DNA of 63,655 nucleotides, filler included, from Asterionella formosa (Eukaryota): the NCBI GenBank assembly GCA_002256025.1. It is 18 parts of 18 records of this genome, joined end to end, with 100 filler letters (N's around TTAATTAATTAA, not from the genome) between each part and the next. Parts side by side here need not be neighbours in the genome. Positions count along the whole stretch, not along the records: positions 1 to 3,454 come from NKIB01014139.1; positions 3,555 to 7,007 come from NKIB01014140.1; positions 7,108 to 10,555 come from NKIB01014141.1; positions 10,656 to 14,107 come from NKIB01014142.1; 14 more parts are not named here. One strand, given 5' to 3'. Below the pieces are notes generated by a model. That model was not told the origin of the DNA and searched no databases. It was given only the letters and a program-made list of their open reading frames with translations. The position numbers and the translations under genes are program-made. This document shows positions 1 through 11,618 of the stretch, one piece after another; positions within the stretch are counted from its first letter, which is position 1, and the number at the start of each line of letters is the position of its first letter.

Positions 1-3
1 TTC

Positions 4-873
4 ATGATCGCCGCATCGTACGTCAAGTGGCTCGAAGCCGCCGGAGCGAGGAGCATCGCCATCCCCTACGACGCGTTCGACGACGTGGATCTATATTTCC
101 CACAAATCAATGGCTTGCTATTTCCTGGTGGAGCCAGCTTGTTGCCCCAAACAGCCTGGAGGCTCTGGGAATTGGCTCTGGATGCCAACTCGGCTGGGAG
201 GTACTTTCCCGTGTGGGGAACCTGTCTAGGATTTGAATACATCACCATGATGGCGTCAGGCAAGGGACAAGCAGCCTTGCAAGGAGGCTTCGATGCATAC
301 AACGTGACCCTACCGTTGGAACTCACGAACTACAACAGTCAACTGTACAACACAGCTCGTCTGCACGATGTGGTCACCTCGCAGAACATCTCCATGAACA
401 ATCACCTATTTGGTATTTCGCCAGACGCATTTCGTCAATCTCCTGACCTGAGCGCCATGTTTCACGTAACATCTACCAATCAGGATCGCAAAGGTCGGCC
501 ATTTGTCAGCACAATCGAACCAATCCAGCCGGACCTGCACCCCTTTTTCGGAGTCCAATTCCACCCAGAAAAGAATGCCTTTGAATATGGAACCTACCCC
601 AATACAAACATTGCATATGAAGATATAAATCACAGCCGAGATGCCATATTCTTTTCCCTGCATCTGGCCACATTCTTCGTCAGTCTTGCACAACGCAACT
701 TAGCTCAAGGCATTCATCAGTACACGGAACCTGACTTATTTCCAATGGTGTATACATACCCAATGAGACCGGGGATAAAATTTCAACAATCCTACATCAT
801 TCCTCCAGCATCTAACGAATCAGTAGTATGGAAACGAAGCGACGATATAGAAGCAGAAGTACTGGTCGCATAA
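4..873 (+). CDS. GGH: Gamma-glutamyl hydrolase (peptidase C26), probably 5'-partial
   Basis: Motifs IAASYVKWLEAAGAR, GLLFPGG, FPVWGTCLGFE (catalytic Cys) and GVQFHPEK (His-Glu). The ORF starts at the window edge. Confidence 0.92.
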   Translation: MIAASYVKWLEAAGARSIAIPYDAFDDVDLYFPQINGLLFPGGASLLPQTAWRLWELALDANSAGRYFPVWGTCLGFEYITMMASGKGQAALQGGFDAYNVTLPLELTNYNSQLYNTARLHDVVTSQNISMNNHLFGISPDAFRQSPDLSAMFHVTSTNQDRKGRPFVSTIEPIQPDLHPFFGVQFHPEKNAFEYGTYPNTNIAYEDINHSRDAIFFSLHLATFFVSLAQRNLAQGIHQYTEPDLFPMVYTYPMRPGIKFQQSYIIPPASNESVVWKRSDDIEAEVLVA

Positions 874-975
874 GAGAATCGAACTCCATCAAACTGGCAT
901 AGTACATTGTATAGTATAATTGCAAAGCATGACTATTTATTAATATAATCCTCTGTAGCTATGTTGTAGAAATTG

Positions 976-3124
976 TTAGAATGCATCGTCACATAGCATG
1001 CAGGATTGAGCATGTTCAATCAACGCATATTCAAACCCATCCACCAATGCATTTACACTGGCACTAATAATGTTGCGGTCCACACTAACTGTGCTCCACG
1101 TTTCATCCTTGCTCTTGTCCTTGAATTCAATCATAACACGGGTCGCGGCTCCTGTGGCAGATTCTGGATCCAAGATGCGGACCTTGTAATCGACCAATTC
1201 CAAGTCCTCCAAGTAAGGATGAGCTGGCACGAGTGCCTTCTTCAGGGCAGTGGCCAAAGCATCGACTGGACCTCTACCGTCGCTGACTTCCAAACGATCG
1301 ACATAGGCCAAAGGTTCACCATCAGAATCAAACAACTGGACCCAAAACAAGAAAAAGGGTAAAAGTCAGAAAAGAGGCCACATAAAAGGAAAGTCCTCTC
1401 CACCAAAACAATAGCATACTCACCTTTTCATTCAAATTCAATGACCGGACTTTGATTGTCGCTCTCGCAGTTGACCCAGATGCACGGCCATCATTTCTCC
1501 TATTTTCTTTTTCCAACACTCTCGTTGCACTATCAATATTCGAATCATACACTTGGGCGGAATAGTCCAAGACTTGGAATGGAGGGCAATACCCCTTGGT
1601 AGCATGCAGAATCATCAGATGTACCGATGCGTCCGCCCCCTCAAATGTATATCCCTGGCTTTCTAACCTCTTGATACGATTCAAAATAGCCATGGCACGA
1701 TCAGACGCATTGTCAATGTCCACGCCAGCCTCCTTCATTTTCTCCATGATATTCTGACGTCCACTCAATTCACTAATCAAGACACGCTTTTCATTCCCCA
1801 CCAATGTGGGTTCCACATGTTGATATGATTTCGGATCACGCTCCATGGCTGCCACGTGGAGTCCACCCTTATGAGCGAATGCCGACGATCCCACAAAGGG
1901 TGCTGCCGCCTGAGGTGCACGATTCAATACTTCATCCACGTATCGTGAGAGGCGTGTTAGATTCATCAACTGTGAGCCGCATGTCATATTAGTGGCTACA
2001 TGCAATGCCAAATTCGGAACAATGCTACACAAATCCGCATTTCCTGTTCGTTCTCCAATCCCATTGATTGTCCCCTGTACCAATCCAGCCCCTGCCTTGA
2101 CTGCCGTCATGGAATTGGCCACGGCCATTCCACAATCATTATGTGCATGAATGCCCACAGTCACGTACCCATCAAAGTGTTGGACAATCTGCTGAGTCAT
2201 GTTCTGAATGTCCCATGGCATTGTTCCACCATTGGTATCACATAAAACCAAACATTTGGCTCCAGCATCAGCAGCTGCCTCACAACATTGCAGTACATAC
2301 GCCGCATCATGATGATACCCATCATAAAAATGTTCCAAATCCACAAATACAGTGCGTCCCATGGAGGTCAAATACGCCACTGACTCGGATATCATATCTA
2401 AATTTTCTTGTGGCGTTGCCCTCAAAATGTCCGTCACTTGCCACTTGTGTGCCTTGGCAACAATACAAATGGTCTCTGCCTCACTTTGCAGCAAGGCTGC
2501 CATTTGAGCATCGTCCGCACATGCAATCTTCTTTCGTCGTGTCGATCCAAAGGCAACAAGTTTGGCTCGTTCTTCTTTGGTAAGTTCCACCTTGGCTCTA
2601 TCAAAAAAGGCAGCATCCTTGGGGTTACTACCCGGCCAACCAGCTTCAATGTAATCGACACCAAACTGAGCCAATCGCCTGGTAATTTTGAGTTTGTCAT
2701 CTGTTGGATGAATAGAAAAAACATTGCGTGTAATGTTAGAGTCGAACGATTGGATGTATATATATAATAGAGCCACAGATTATCCTAATCTACAACAACA
2801 CGTACCGCAAGAGGCACTAACTGATTCTCCCTGTGTCCCATCTCTCAACGTGGTATCATAAATCAAGACTTGACTTGGTCCAACCACACAATCTTGCAAA
2901 GGAGGATAAGACGCTTCAATATCTCGTTGGACCCATGCATCGTTGCTGGTGGTGGTAGTTGCTTCGTACGAGTTCACCACGTTCCTGCTGCTGCTGCTGC
3001 TGCTGAGACGAATGATCCTCACTGACAGTGATGATGCACCATGTCGAGAAGGACGCAAGACAAAGGAAGAAGAACTGTAAGGAACAGTTGTAGATAGTAG
3101 CAACAACAAGGACGAGGCTTTCAT
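976..3124 (-). CDS. cimA: Citramalate synthase (LeuA/CimA family), plastid-targeted; exons 3124-2806, 2700-1424, 1335-976
   Basis: YDTTLRDGTQGE, YIEAGWPGSNPKD, HAHNDCG, GTINGIGERTGNADL, AFAHKGGLH and the C-terminal DYKVRIL...TRVMIE domain. GT-AG introns 2805-2701 and 1423-1336 restore the frame. N-terminus MKASSLLLLL...SSF-VL resembles a signal plus transit peptide. Confidence 0.88.
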
Positions 3125-3454
3125 CGTTTTGGTTCCCTTGATGATTGATGCAACGATCGAGAAAGGGTCAATGTATTGATGGACAGATCGATGTAATGAT
3201 GGTTGGCTTTTGGGATTGCACTTTTGTGGTCTGCCTTTGATGTTGCACCATAAAATGGAGTGCACATGCTGTAAGATATTAGTTTTTTAGTTACCGTCAT
3301 AGTATTATATACTATATTTATATATTTCCATTCTGTGTGCAGCGCTCTAGTTAGTGTATGTAAAGCGAAGCCTCTTTGTTATTACATAAATAATACTTAT
3401 ATACCGGTATGAATTATTCACCTGTTTTCACAACGAGACATCAGTTGATGTTTA

Positions 3455-3554
3455 NNNNNNNNNNNNNNNNNNNNNNNNNNNNNNNNNNNNNNNNNNNNTT
3501 AATTAATTAANNNNNNNNNNNNNNNNNNNNNNNNNNNNNNNNNNNNNNNNNNNN
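3455..3554. other. Artificial contig linker N44-TTAATTAATTAA-N44 (first of 17; others start at 7008, 10556, 14108, 17658, 21208, 24750, 28293, 31833, 35371, 38908, 42445, 45981, 49520, 53059, 56593, 60125)
   Basis: Identical 100-nt spacer with stops in all six frames, recurring about every 3.54 kb. ORFs are cut at it. Confidence 0.98.
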
Positions 3555-4839
3555 CGAGTTCTTCCAGTTCCTCCCGCGCAACTCTTAGTCGGACCTTATA
3601 CTTATCCAAGACATCCAGTAGATCATTTTCTCTGCGTGGTGCAGTTGTAGACTCTAGCAGTCTGAGTTTTGCAACATTTGACTTCTCAAATGATTCCAAT
3701 GCAATTGCAAGATTTTGAGAAGATGATGTAGGTTTTTGCGTCAAGATTGCATGTCTTCCCTTCTTTCTAACACTGAAATTGCTTGAAGATTTTGATTTTG
3801 ATGACAATGTGGTGGCAGTATCGTCAATGTCTATACTCTCACGGAAGGCATATTTTGGTAACAGTGGTACAGCAAAATTCAATAGATGTGGAACTTGACA
3901 CAACCAAAGATGGTAGTAATATAGGAAATGACGTGACCCAACAAATTTGACAAAATCATCATGATTGCCTGATTGTTTGTTTTTTCGATAGGCAACTTGA
4001 TAATGATGATTAATGTATCCCATTACCAATGAAAAGTCTTTGGAAGTGAGGACATCATATTTTTTTGCGTATTCAGCATCAATTCCAACTTGGTCCCAGT
4101 ATTCATCTTTGGGAAATGCTAGAATGATGCAGTCGTCATCCTCATCATCATTATATGTGACAACAAGTCGATCGAAAATGAACTTGTGTCGAAATCTTCT
4201 TGCATCAAGTTCAGCCAGAGTTGGTGGCTGACCTAGACGCAAAACATCACTGCGATGCTTGTTGCACATGTAGACAATAATGACATGGAAGTATTTGTTG
4301 ATGCAGGTCACAGCATCCGGAGGGGTTGACTTTGCCTGTGCCTTATTCTTTTTCGCCTTTTTTACAGGAGGGTTCACTTCCTCTTGTTCAAACTGAGGAT
4401 TGACCAAAGACCCATGTGGCTGCACTGCTGTTGCCTCTTGAACTTTTTCGTTCCTTTCATCATTATCATCTTCGCAATCTTCATCGAATTTGAATTCATC
4501 ATCATTAATTGATGAATCTTCGTGATTATCATTATCACTATCCAATTCAATGTCTGATTCATTGACAATGAAAGATCTAGGGTATATCCTCTGTGACAAG
4601 CTGTCTCTCTTCAAAAGTCGAGCAATCAAAGCAACAGTGAAAGCCTTCTTCGCATTTTTGTATCCAGAAACTTTGTATCTGACGCAAATTTTTCGGAGAA
4701 CCTTGACCGAGATCTGCTTCATTGCAACACTTTTGATGAAAATCACCTTTGTCCTTTCACTATCAAGCACAAAGTCATCAGGAAGTATGAGGGAGTCAAA
4801 AAATCGATCGACTTCAGTATCTATAGCAAGAGACTGCAT
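3555..4839 (-). CDS. Probable transposon accessory DNA-binding protein (Harbinger/ISL2EU-type second ORF), 3'-truncated by the contig end
   Basis: Intronless AT-rich ORF over 420 aa with a SAP/HeH-like segment (LRKICVRYKVSGYKNAKKAFTVALI), an acidic linker and a QSGNHDDFVKF...LYYYHLWL motif. A diverged copy lies at 17540-17657. Confidence 0.5.
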
Positions 4840-5057
4840 TGTATTGTTGATGGTGGTGGGTCGATCTTGATACTATACAGTGGTCTCCACATCAACAGTT
4901 GTTGTTTGCGTTTGTGTGACTGGTTCCATACTATGCGGTTCCATTTGCCTTGCTTGTAGTATCTTCAGGGAGATTCAAATGACTCATCTGTAGTAACAAA
5001 TACACAAACACACTTGGGAGTTATAAGATCGCCAAGTATAACTTTCTGTCTGGAACT

Positions 5058-5270
5058 GTATAATTGTATCAATGGTGTTGCTTGGACGATGTGCATACGC
5101 AGCCAGCATAAAATTGAAGGAATAGTATATGCCATTTATATTATCACTGGTGCCTTGCCTTGCAGGCTTATTTTCGGTTATTTTATTAGTGACAACGGAA
5201 ATGATACCCGCGTAAAAACGTCAGTATCACTGATACCATTTTTGGAGGGGGCAAAAAAAGGTATCAATTT
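5058..5270 (+). repeat. About 210-250 bp sequence repeated in inverted orientation at about 5682-5932
   Basis: The ORF track gives near-identical peptides on opposite strands (5014..5292 + and 5703..5927 -), and the DNA arms are reverse complements. Confidence 0.9.
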
Positions 5271-6455
5271 TGTATCAATGATACAAAATTGATACCATCA
5301 AGTTACCGTTGTTGATTGGGTCGACTTTTTCGAGGAGGATTGCCCTACATCTACGGGGTTTCATGAAGAATGAAATTTATAGCCGTGTACCCTATAATGT
5401 CAGGATTTAACTTCTGCAGAGAAGTGGCAGATATCCCTCGTAGATTTTTTAAAAGCTTGATGGCCCCCTTTTTTCACTATTTTTCGGATAGTTACCATTC
5501 CAAGAGCGATAACTGCCACTTCTCTCCAGAAGTGAGGTCCTTACCATATCTGCATATAGATCATACCCCTAAGTCGAGGAATGACTGTATCTAAAAAAGG
5601 GTTGTTCTTATCATTCCGAATTTGCTGTATCATTTCTGGGTTGCGGGCAAAAAGTGACGGTTGGTATCAAAACACGGTATCAGCAACGGTAACTTGATGG
5701 TATCAATTTTGTATCATTGATACAAAATTGATATCTTTTTTTGCCCCCTCCAAAAACGGTATCAGTGATACTGACGTTTTCATGCAGGTATCATTTCCGT
5801 TGTCACTAATAAAATAACCGAAAATAAGCCTGCAAGGCAAGGCACCAGTGATAATATTAATGGCATATACTATTCCTTCAATTTTATGCTGGCTGCGTAC
5901 ATCGTCAAAGCAACACCATTGATACAATTATACAGCACCTGAAAGGGGATGATGGCAAGCGGAAGTGTAAGAAGAAGTGTATAGTGGATCTTGCATGTCT
6001 GTGTTGACTCATGGCAAATCAAGAATTAAGCAGGTATGTCAGCTATATATTCCATACTCCTACATAATACGCGTAGTTTTCCTACATGGTTTTAGTAATG
6101 GAAAATTATCGAAATAGTCTGGAGGAAAGCCTGGGGGGATATGCACATGATTGTAGCCAGCCCGTAACCGTTGAATTTTCGTGTTTCTTATTGGGTGATA
6201 CAATTTCATTTTTATTTTTTTGGAGAATGGATTTTTTCGGTTTAAATCGAGTAGCCGTTACATGATACTTTTTCAAAAAAAAGATACCAAATCGAAAATG
6301 ATAAGAACGATACTAAGCATATGCAAAGTGGTCGTATTTGGTGAAAGCTAATTTACCTTTAACTATTTTATTTCGTTTCACGTACCGTGTGGATTGAACT
6401 ACTAATAAAATTATTTTGGAAAAAAAAAAGACCTCGTGATGTGTAACTGAGGGGA
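5271..6455 (+). mobile_element. 3' end of a Kolobok/Mutator-like DNA transposon (5271-5594 and 6312-6455), interrupted by a MITE
   Basis: Reverse-complement match to about 60860-61290, and a weaker match to 25526-25980 downstream of the transposase. Confidence 0.75.
5600..6311. mobile_element. Non-autonomous TIR element (MITE) inserted in the Kolobok-like end
   Basis: Imperfect ~28-bp TIRs: gTTGTTCTTATCATTCCGAATTTG..TATC at 5601 and GATACCAAATCGAAAATGATAAGAACGA at 6283-6310. The flanks join into the sequence that is contiguous at about 61000; CTAA lies on both sides. Confidence 0.7.
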
Positions 6456-7107
6456 CACAGGTCTCATATGCCGGTATACTACATACACAGGTACCAGGTA
6501 TCAGGTAGACTTCCAGTTAGCTATCTGGGATCTGGGACGGAGTAGGTACAAGGTACCTGCTACCCTGGTACCTACCGCTACCAGTGGTACCTGGTACCAG
6601 CTGTATACTATTAGCCGAACAAGATATACCGGTATGTGCAAGCGACGACAAATGATTCACAGGATCAAACAAAGACGCGGTTTGTACAAGCGTCCTCTTT
6701 TCTTGATAGTACAATTTTTGGGGAGACAAAACTCCCCATTTTTATGAATCAACTGGAGTACCGGTACTCCGGTACATATTAACAAGCAATGCATGAAATG
6801 TAGCGTCGTTTCTGTTTCAGCCATACTACCTGGTACCATTCAAGTTACCGGTACCTGGTACCAGGTACCAGGGTACCGTCATGTTGATACATCATACTTC
6901 CTGACGCTTTCGACGTGAATTGTGTTCCGAATAAAAATAGATGCACGATCTCAAGACAAGGACTAAACCATTCAACCAAGCAACGAAAGAAAGGCCAGAC
7001 TTAGACGNNNNNNNNNNNNNNNNNNNNNNNNNNNNNNNNNNNNNNNNNNNNTTAATTAATTAANNNNNNNNNNNNNNNNNNNNNNNNNNNNNNNNNNNNN
7101 NNNNNNN

Positions 7108-7360
7108 AAACAATCTGGTCTTAATTATGAACTTGGAACGTCGGTGTTTGATAAAAACTGGTGTGTTTGGATGATGAATGGACCTTTTAAGGCAAGTCGT
7201 CATGACATAACAATTTATCGAAAAGCCGCATTGCAGAACATGATCCCTGAAGGCCATCAAGTTATTGCCGATAGAGGTTAAGTTGGGGAACCTACTCAAA
7301 TCAGCACTCCCAATTCGCATGATCCAGCCAGCAGAGCTAAGAAAATTTAAAAGCCGTGGA
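7108..7360 (+). pseudogene. Harbinger/ISL2EU-type DDE_Tnp_4 transposase fragment
   Basis: Translates KQSGLNYELG...WMMNGPFKASRHDITIYR...VIADRG*VGEP. The ADRGY motif carries a stop. Confidence 0.75.
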
Positions 7361-7689
7361 ATGACGAAATCCAAGTGATAAGAAGAGTAACATGGATGAT
7401 TTTTATTATACTGATCGAATTCACAACAATCCATGAAGAGAAACTAGCAACATAAATTAATTTCACTTTAGCGACACAGAAATATAATAAAGAACGCTCA
7501 GTGGTGTAATAGTAATTTATAATTTATACTGTTAAGAGTCATAGACTGTTGCATTTCTTTGGTTTCATTTGGGTGCCTGTTTTACCTTATGCTTTGTCAT
7601 AAAACATCTTGATAAATTTGCGACGCTTAATCTCTTGATTGATATGACCACAAAATACTTTCAGAGTAAACTGTTGGTATTGTCGGCGT

Positions 7690-10555
7690 TTTTATTTGCA
7701 AACGTTTAGTAGTCATAATGTCCGCAATATTATCTTCCTTGATAAAGTTTTTCATATACTCCACTGCACTTGGTGTCCCACATATAATACCGTCATCCAC
7801 GTAATTAACAAGTAGACCATCAATTTTTCCATCCTTGTTCCTTGCTCTTCGTCATACCTGGTTTATTGGTGACACATTTCGCAAACAGCTTGGACCAGCA
7901 TCCTGGAGCTTGTACTATCCCGTACATAGCCTTAACAAGCTTGCAAACATGTGTATCGGTATCAACTCCGATCAAACCTTGAGGGGCTCAATATAAATGT
8001 CCTCATCGATGTCAGCATTTAGTAGGAATGCTGCTTCCACCACATCAATAGCCTCCGCTCGCCAACCATTGTAAATCATCACTGCTAGAACCTTTTTGAT
8101 TGATGCATCGCTTGAAACTGGAGTAAATGTCTCAGTAAAATCGAAACCTGGGATTTTCTCATATCCCTTCACGACCAAACTTGCCTTGTAAATGGTCTTC
8201 CCGGTTAACACATCTTCTTTAATTCAAAACACCCATCTCGTTTTTAGGGTTCGCTTCTTAACGGTATCACTTTTGACAACTTTCCACACTCCTCTCGACT
8301 GGAAGTTTTCATATTCTTTGTTGATCGCCTTGATCCACTCTTTCTTGTCTGGTCTTGCCATTGCTTCATCGTAGCTTGTTGGAAATCCTGGATCAGAAGC
8401 CAGACTTGCGTTGTACACAAAATTTACCTGTGTATTCTTCGTAATTTCCTTCATGTTATCCTCCTCGATAACACCAGGCATCTCAGTATCTCCTGAAAAT
8501 TTCACAATTTTCGTACTCGTAGGATTGAACGATGAGTCCAATCTTCGCATTTCACATGCCAACTTCGCTTGCTTAGACTGAGCACTTTCAGCACGTTTAG
8601 CCTTCACAATTGGGGTATTGGTACCTGTAACCTCGTATTTCGTAGTACCATCTATCTTAGTCGATTGTTCAGTTTTCCTCCCCAATTCTTGCTTGTCATC
8701 ATCTTCATCTTCATTATCGGACACTTCTCGGCGAGGTTCGAACTCGTCGTAAAAATCGTCCACGGCCATCACCCAATACTGATTTCCCACAGCGGATTTT
8801 GCGTAGGGTCCGCTAATATCAATAAACAGTCTTTCTCCTGGTGTCGTAGCCTTCTCTTGCGTCATCTTGGGTACTGCGCGTGCTTTCGCCTTGGCTGCTG
8901 CGCATCCTGCGCACACCTTTAAATTTCCCACAAGTTTCCACCCAAATAATTTCGATGTCTCACAAACACATTTTTCCCCCACATGTCCAAGCATTTCATG
9001 CGCTTCATTTATTTCCTCAATCACATCATTATTTTCGTTCGCGTTTCTTTTCTCGATCGTTTCACCTATCGCTTTCGTCGTTTTCTTCTTTTCGTCAACT
9101 TTCGTCCATTCATTCTCGTCTTCTTTAGTATCATAGTCGATAGATTGTTGTGTTGGCTTCTCGCTTTCTTGTTCAACCTCCAACACCGTTTCCTTTAGTA
9201 GAATAGGCGTTCCTTGCACATGGTACATTGCACCAATTGTCCTCGTTTCATCATGTTTGCAGATCAAAAATCCGTTGTTGTTCTGATCGTCATCTTATCA
9301 TCGTCAAACATAACTTTATTTCCCTTGTCAATAATTCTCGAAATGCTGATAAATTTCTGCTTGAACTCCGGTGCATAGAGCACATTGGTGAGTTTCAACA
9401 CTTTTCCTTTGTCTGTTGTCGTAAGGGTCACCGTGCCTGATACGATCGCAACAATTGCTGCGCCGCTTCCCACAAGAACAGTTTCAAGCACTGCGCGCTT
9501 GTCCTCCATGATGCGCTCATCATTGCATATATGTACCGTAGCGCCACTATCTAGTAGCCAATGGTCCTTATGCACGCACGTATGATTTACCTCTTCGTTG
9601 TACTACCTTGCCTCAATACACGTCACCACGAACATTCCTTGCGCAGTGGTGTTGGCGTCTTCTCCCTTCTGTTTGATTGGTGCATTTTGTTGATTGTTGC
9701 ACTCACTGGCATAGTGCCCCATCTTCTGGCAATTATAACACTTCACATTCTTTCTCTTATTTCGTTGCTCGGGAGTTAATTCTCTCTTTTCTGTAGTATT
9801 GCCCTTGCTTCGGCAATCAACTGCCTTGTGGCCATACTTGCCACACTTCCTGCAGTCTCCCTTAAACTTGCTTTTTGAAAAGAAGGCCTGCCCGCCATTC
9901 TTATTCGTCTTGGTTTCGTCACGCACATACTAGTCGTAATAGTCGCGTATCTTCTGACCTCTTGGATCGTGAGCTCGGAGCTCGCGAGACCAAGTTTTCC
10001 AACCACTAAACTCTTGTAGACTTCCGGTAGGTTGTTGATAACATGGGCCACATAGGCACCATCCGAAATTGCGGAGCTCGTACGACTCAATCGTTCTCGA
10101 ATTCTATCCAACTCCACAAACCAAATGTCGGGGTTCTCATTCTCGTTAATCGTGCATTTTGTACACTGACCTGACAAGGCAATCACATTTGCCATATTAC
10201 TTGACTCGTACGTAGACACTAACTTGTCCCACGCTTCCTTCGTATTTCCATTGGGGAACTCTTCACTTCTGGCACCATTTACGTATCCAAATGGTCCACT
10301 CTGACATGCCATAATCAAACTTGCATAGGCAACCGTATTATTTCGTTTCGCACGCTTCTCATCGTTGTCGCTCGGAACAATCTTCACTCCAGCTGAATCT
10401 CTCTCACCTGGTGATACTTCATCTCCATTTAGGATTCCTTCAAAACCTTTGTAGCAGGCATAGGCCACAAACTTCGCTTTCCAAACATGCCACTTGGCAT
10501 CGGTACCATCAAATGTTGGCAACCGCACTCCTGACGATTCGTTGTCGATTCCCAT
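7690..10555 (-). mobile_element. Ty1/Copia retrotransposon gag-pol remnant, frameshifted and internally deleted
   Basis: Copia domain order: gag (LPTFDG..WK.KF, two CCHC knuckles), protease WLLDSGAT, HEMLGH..CAGC, integrase start ERLFIDISGP, RT (TRWVF, KGYEKIPGFDF, AFL, LVKAMYG, YVDDG) and RNase H end EDNIADIMT. Confidence 0.93.
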
Positions 10556-10656
10556 NNNNNNNNNNNNNNNNNNNNNNNNNNNNNNNNNNNNNNNNNNNNT
10601 TAATTAATTAANNNNNNNNNNNNNNNNNNNNNNNNNNNNNNNNNNNNNNNNNNNNT

Positions 10657-11187
10657 GGATCCAAGACCATTCACAAGAGCCTCAAGCAAACAATACCCAT
10701 GTCGAGACTAGAACTAGATTTGTCACTCCGCCACGAAATTGACGTGGAACTCGAGGCGGATCTCACTCAATACTTTCACGCCGTCGCTCCCTTTGTTCCT
10801 CTTGGTCCCCGAGAACTGCAACTTATTCTATTCGATAAAGTTAAGGAATGGAGTAATCGTAATTCTTGGAGCCAACTGCGAATGTCTGCAACGCTGGCAG
10901 AAGCTTTGACTGACTCGTCGCTCGTGGATTATCTTGTGGTCCGAAACAAGGACCAAGACATGTTGGTGTTTTCCGGCCATGGCGCAAAGGTCTTGACCGA
11001 AAAAAGCCCGCTATATAACAAGCTTGTGGCGCAAATAAATAGGTGCTTTGGAAGAAAAGGTCACCCTGAACATATTGCGGACATGGATTATGACACAGAA
11101 ACCGATGAAGCACTGTTTCGTTGGTGCACAAGTGATGGGCCCGATCAGGTCTGTGACGAGGCTTGTCGTTTCTACTTAGTAGACTAA
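10657..11187 (+). CDS. C-terminal part of a torsin/Clp-like AAA+ protein, 5'-partial
   Basis: Open from the contig edge (GSKTIHK...). VAPFVPLGPREL and VFSGHGAKVL resemble torsin FVPFLPL and FSxxGCKxV. Confidence 0.45.
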   Translation, partial: GSKTIHKSLKQTIPMSRLELDLSLRHEIDVELEADLTQYFHAVAPFVPLGPRELQLILFDKVKEWSNRNSWSQLRMSATLAEALTDSSLVDYLVVRNKDQDMLVFSGHGAKVLTEKSPLYNKLVAQINRCFGRKGHPEHIADMDYDTETDEALFRWCTSDGPDQVCDEACRFYLVD

Positions 11188-11618
11188 TTGCGCGACTTTT
11201 TACTTTTCCGATATGCTTACTATGACATGTCGCCAGAAAGCGAGTGTGTTCGACGTGAGAAGTATCACTACTATGTCACAGAACAAAGAAACGGAGGAGG
11301 CGGCATGTTACTCAATCACAGAATTGGCTTGTGGTATTTATCGAAAAGTGCATAGAATCTAATCATCAACCCGGTATACTACCTCAAACATGAAGATAAA
11401 TGGTGACAAGTAGATGCCGCAAGGGAGTTGATGTGTACACATGGCTGTATCCTAAAAATTAATGCAATTATCTATCGCCTTCGTGGCTTTGGGTCAAGCA
11501 GTTATTTAGGGCCGTTCTATATAGCTTGCCATCGATTCTTCACACCTTCAATGGAACCGCATTGTAGTTGCCGGTTTCTAAAATAAAAAAGAATCATTCT
11601 TAAGTGCTCCCAAGCTCC

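Noticed and set aside
3455..3554. Regularly spaced TTAATTAATTAA palindrome about every 3.54 kb
   Set aside because: Artificial linker inside N runs; the periodicity only reflects size-sorted contigs.
3555..7360. Accessory ORF and Harbinger transposase as one element
   Set aside because: They are separated by a linker, so no physical linkage is shown.
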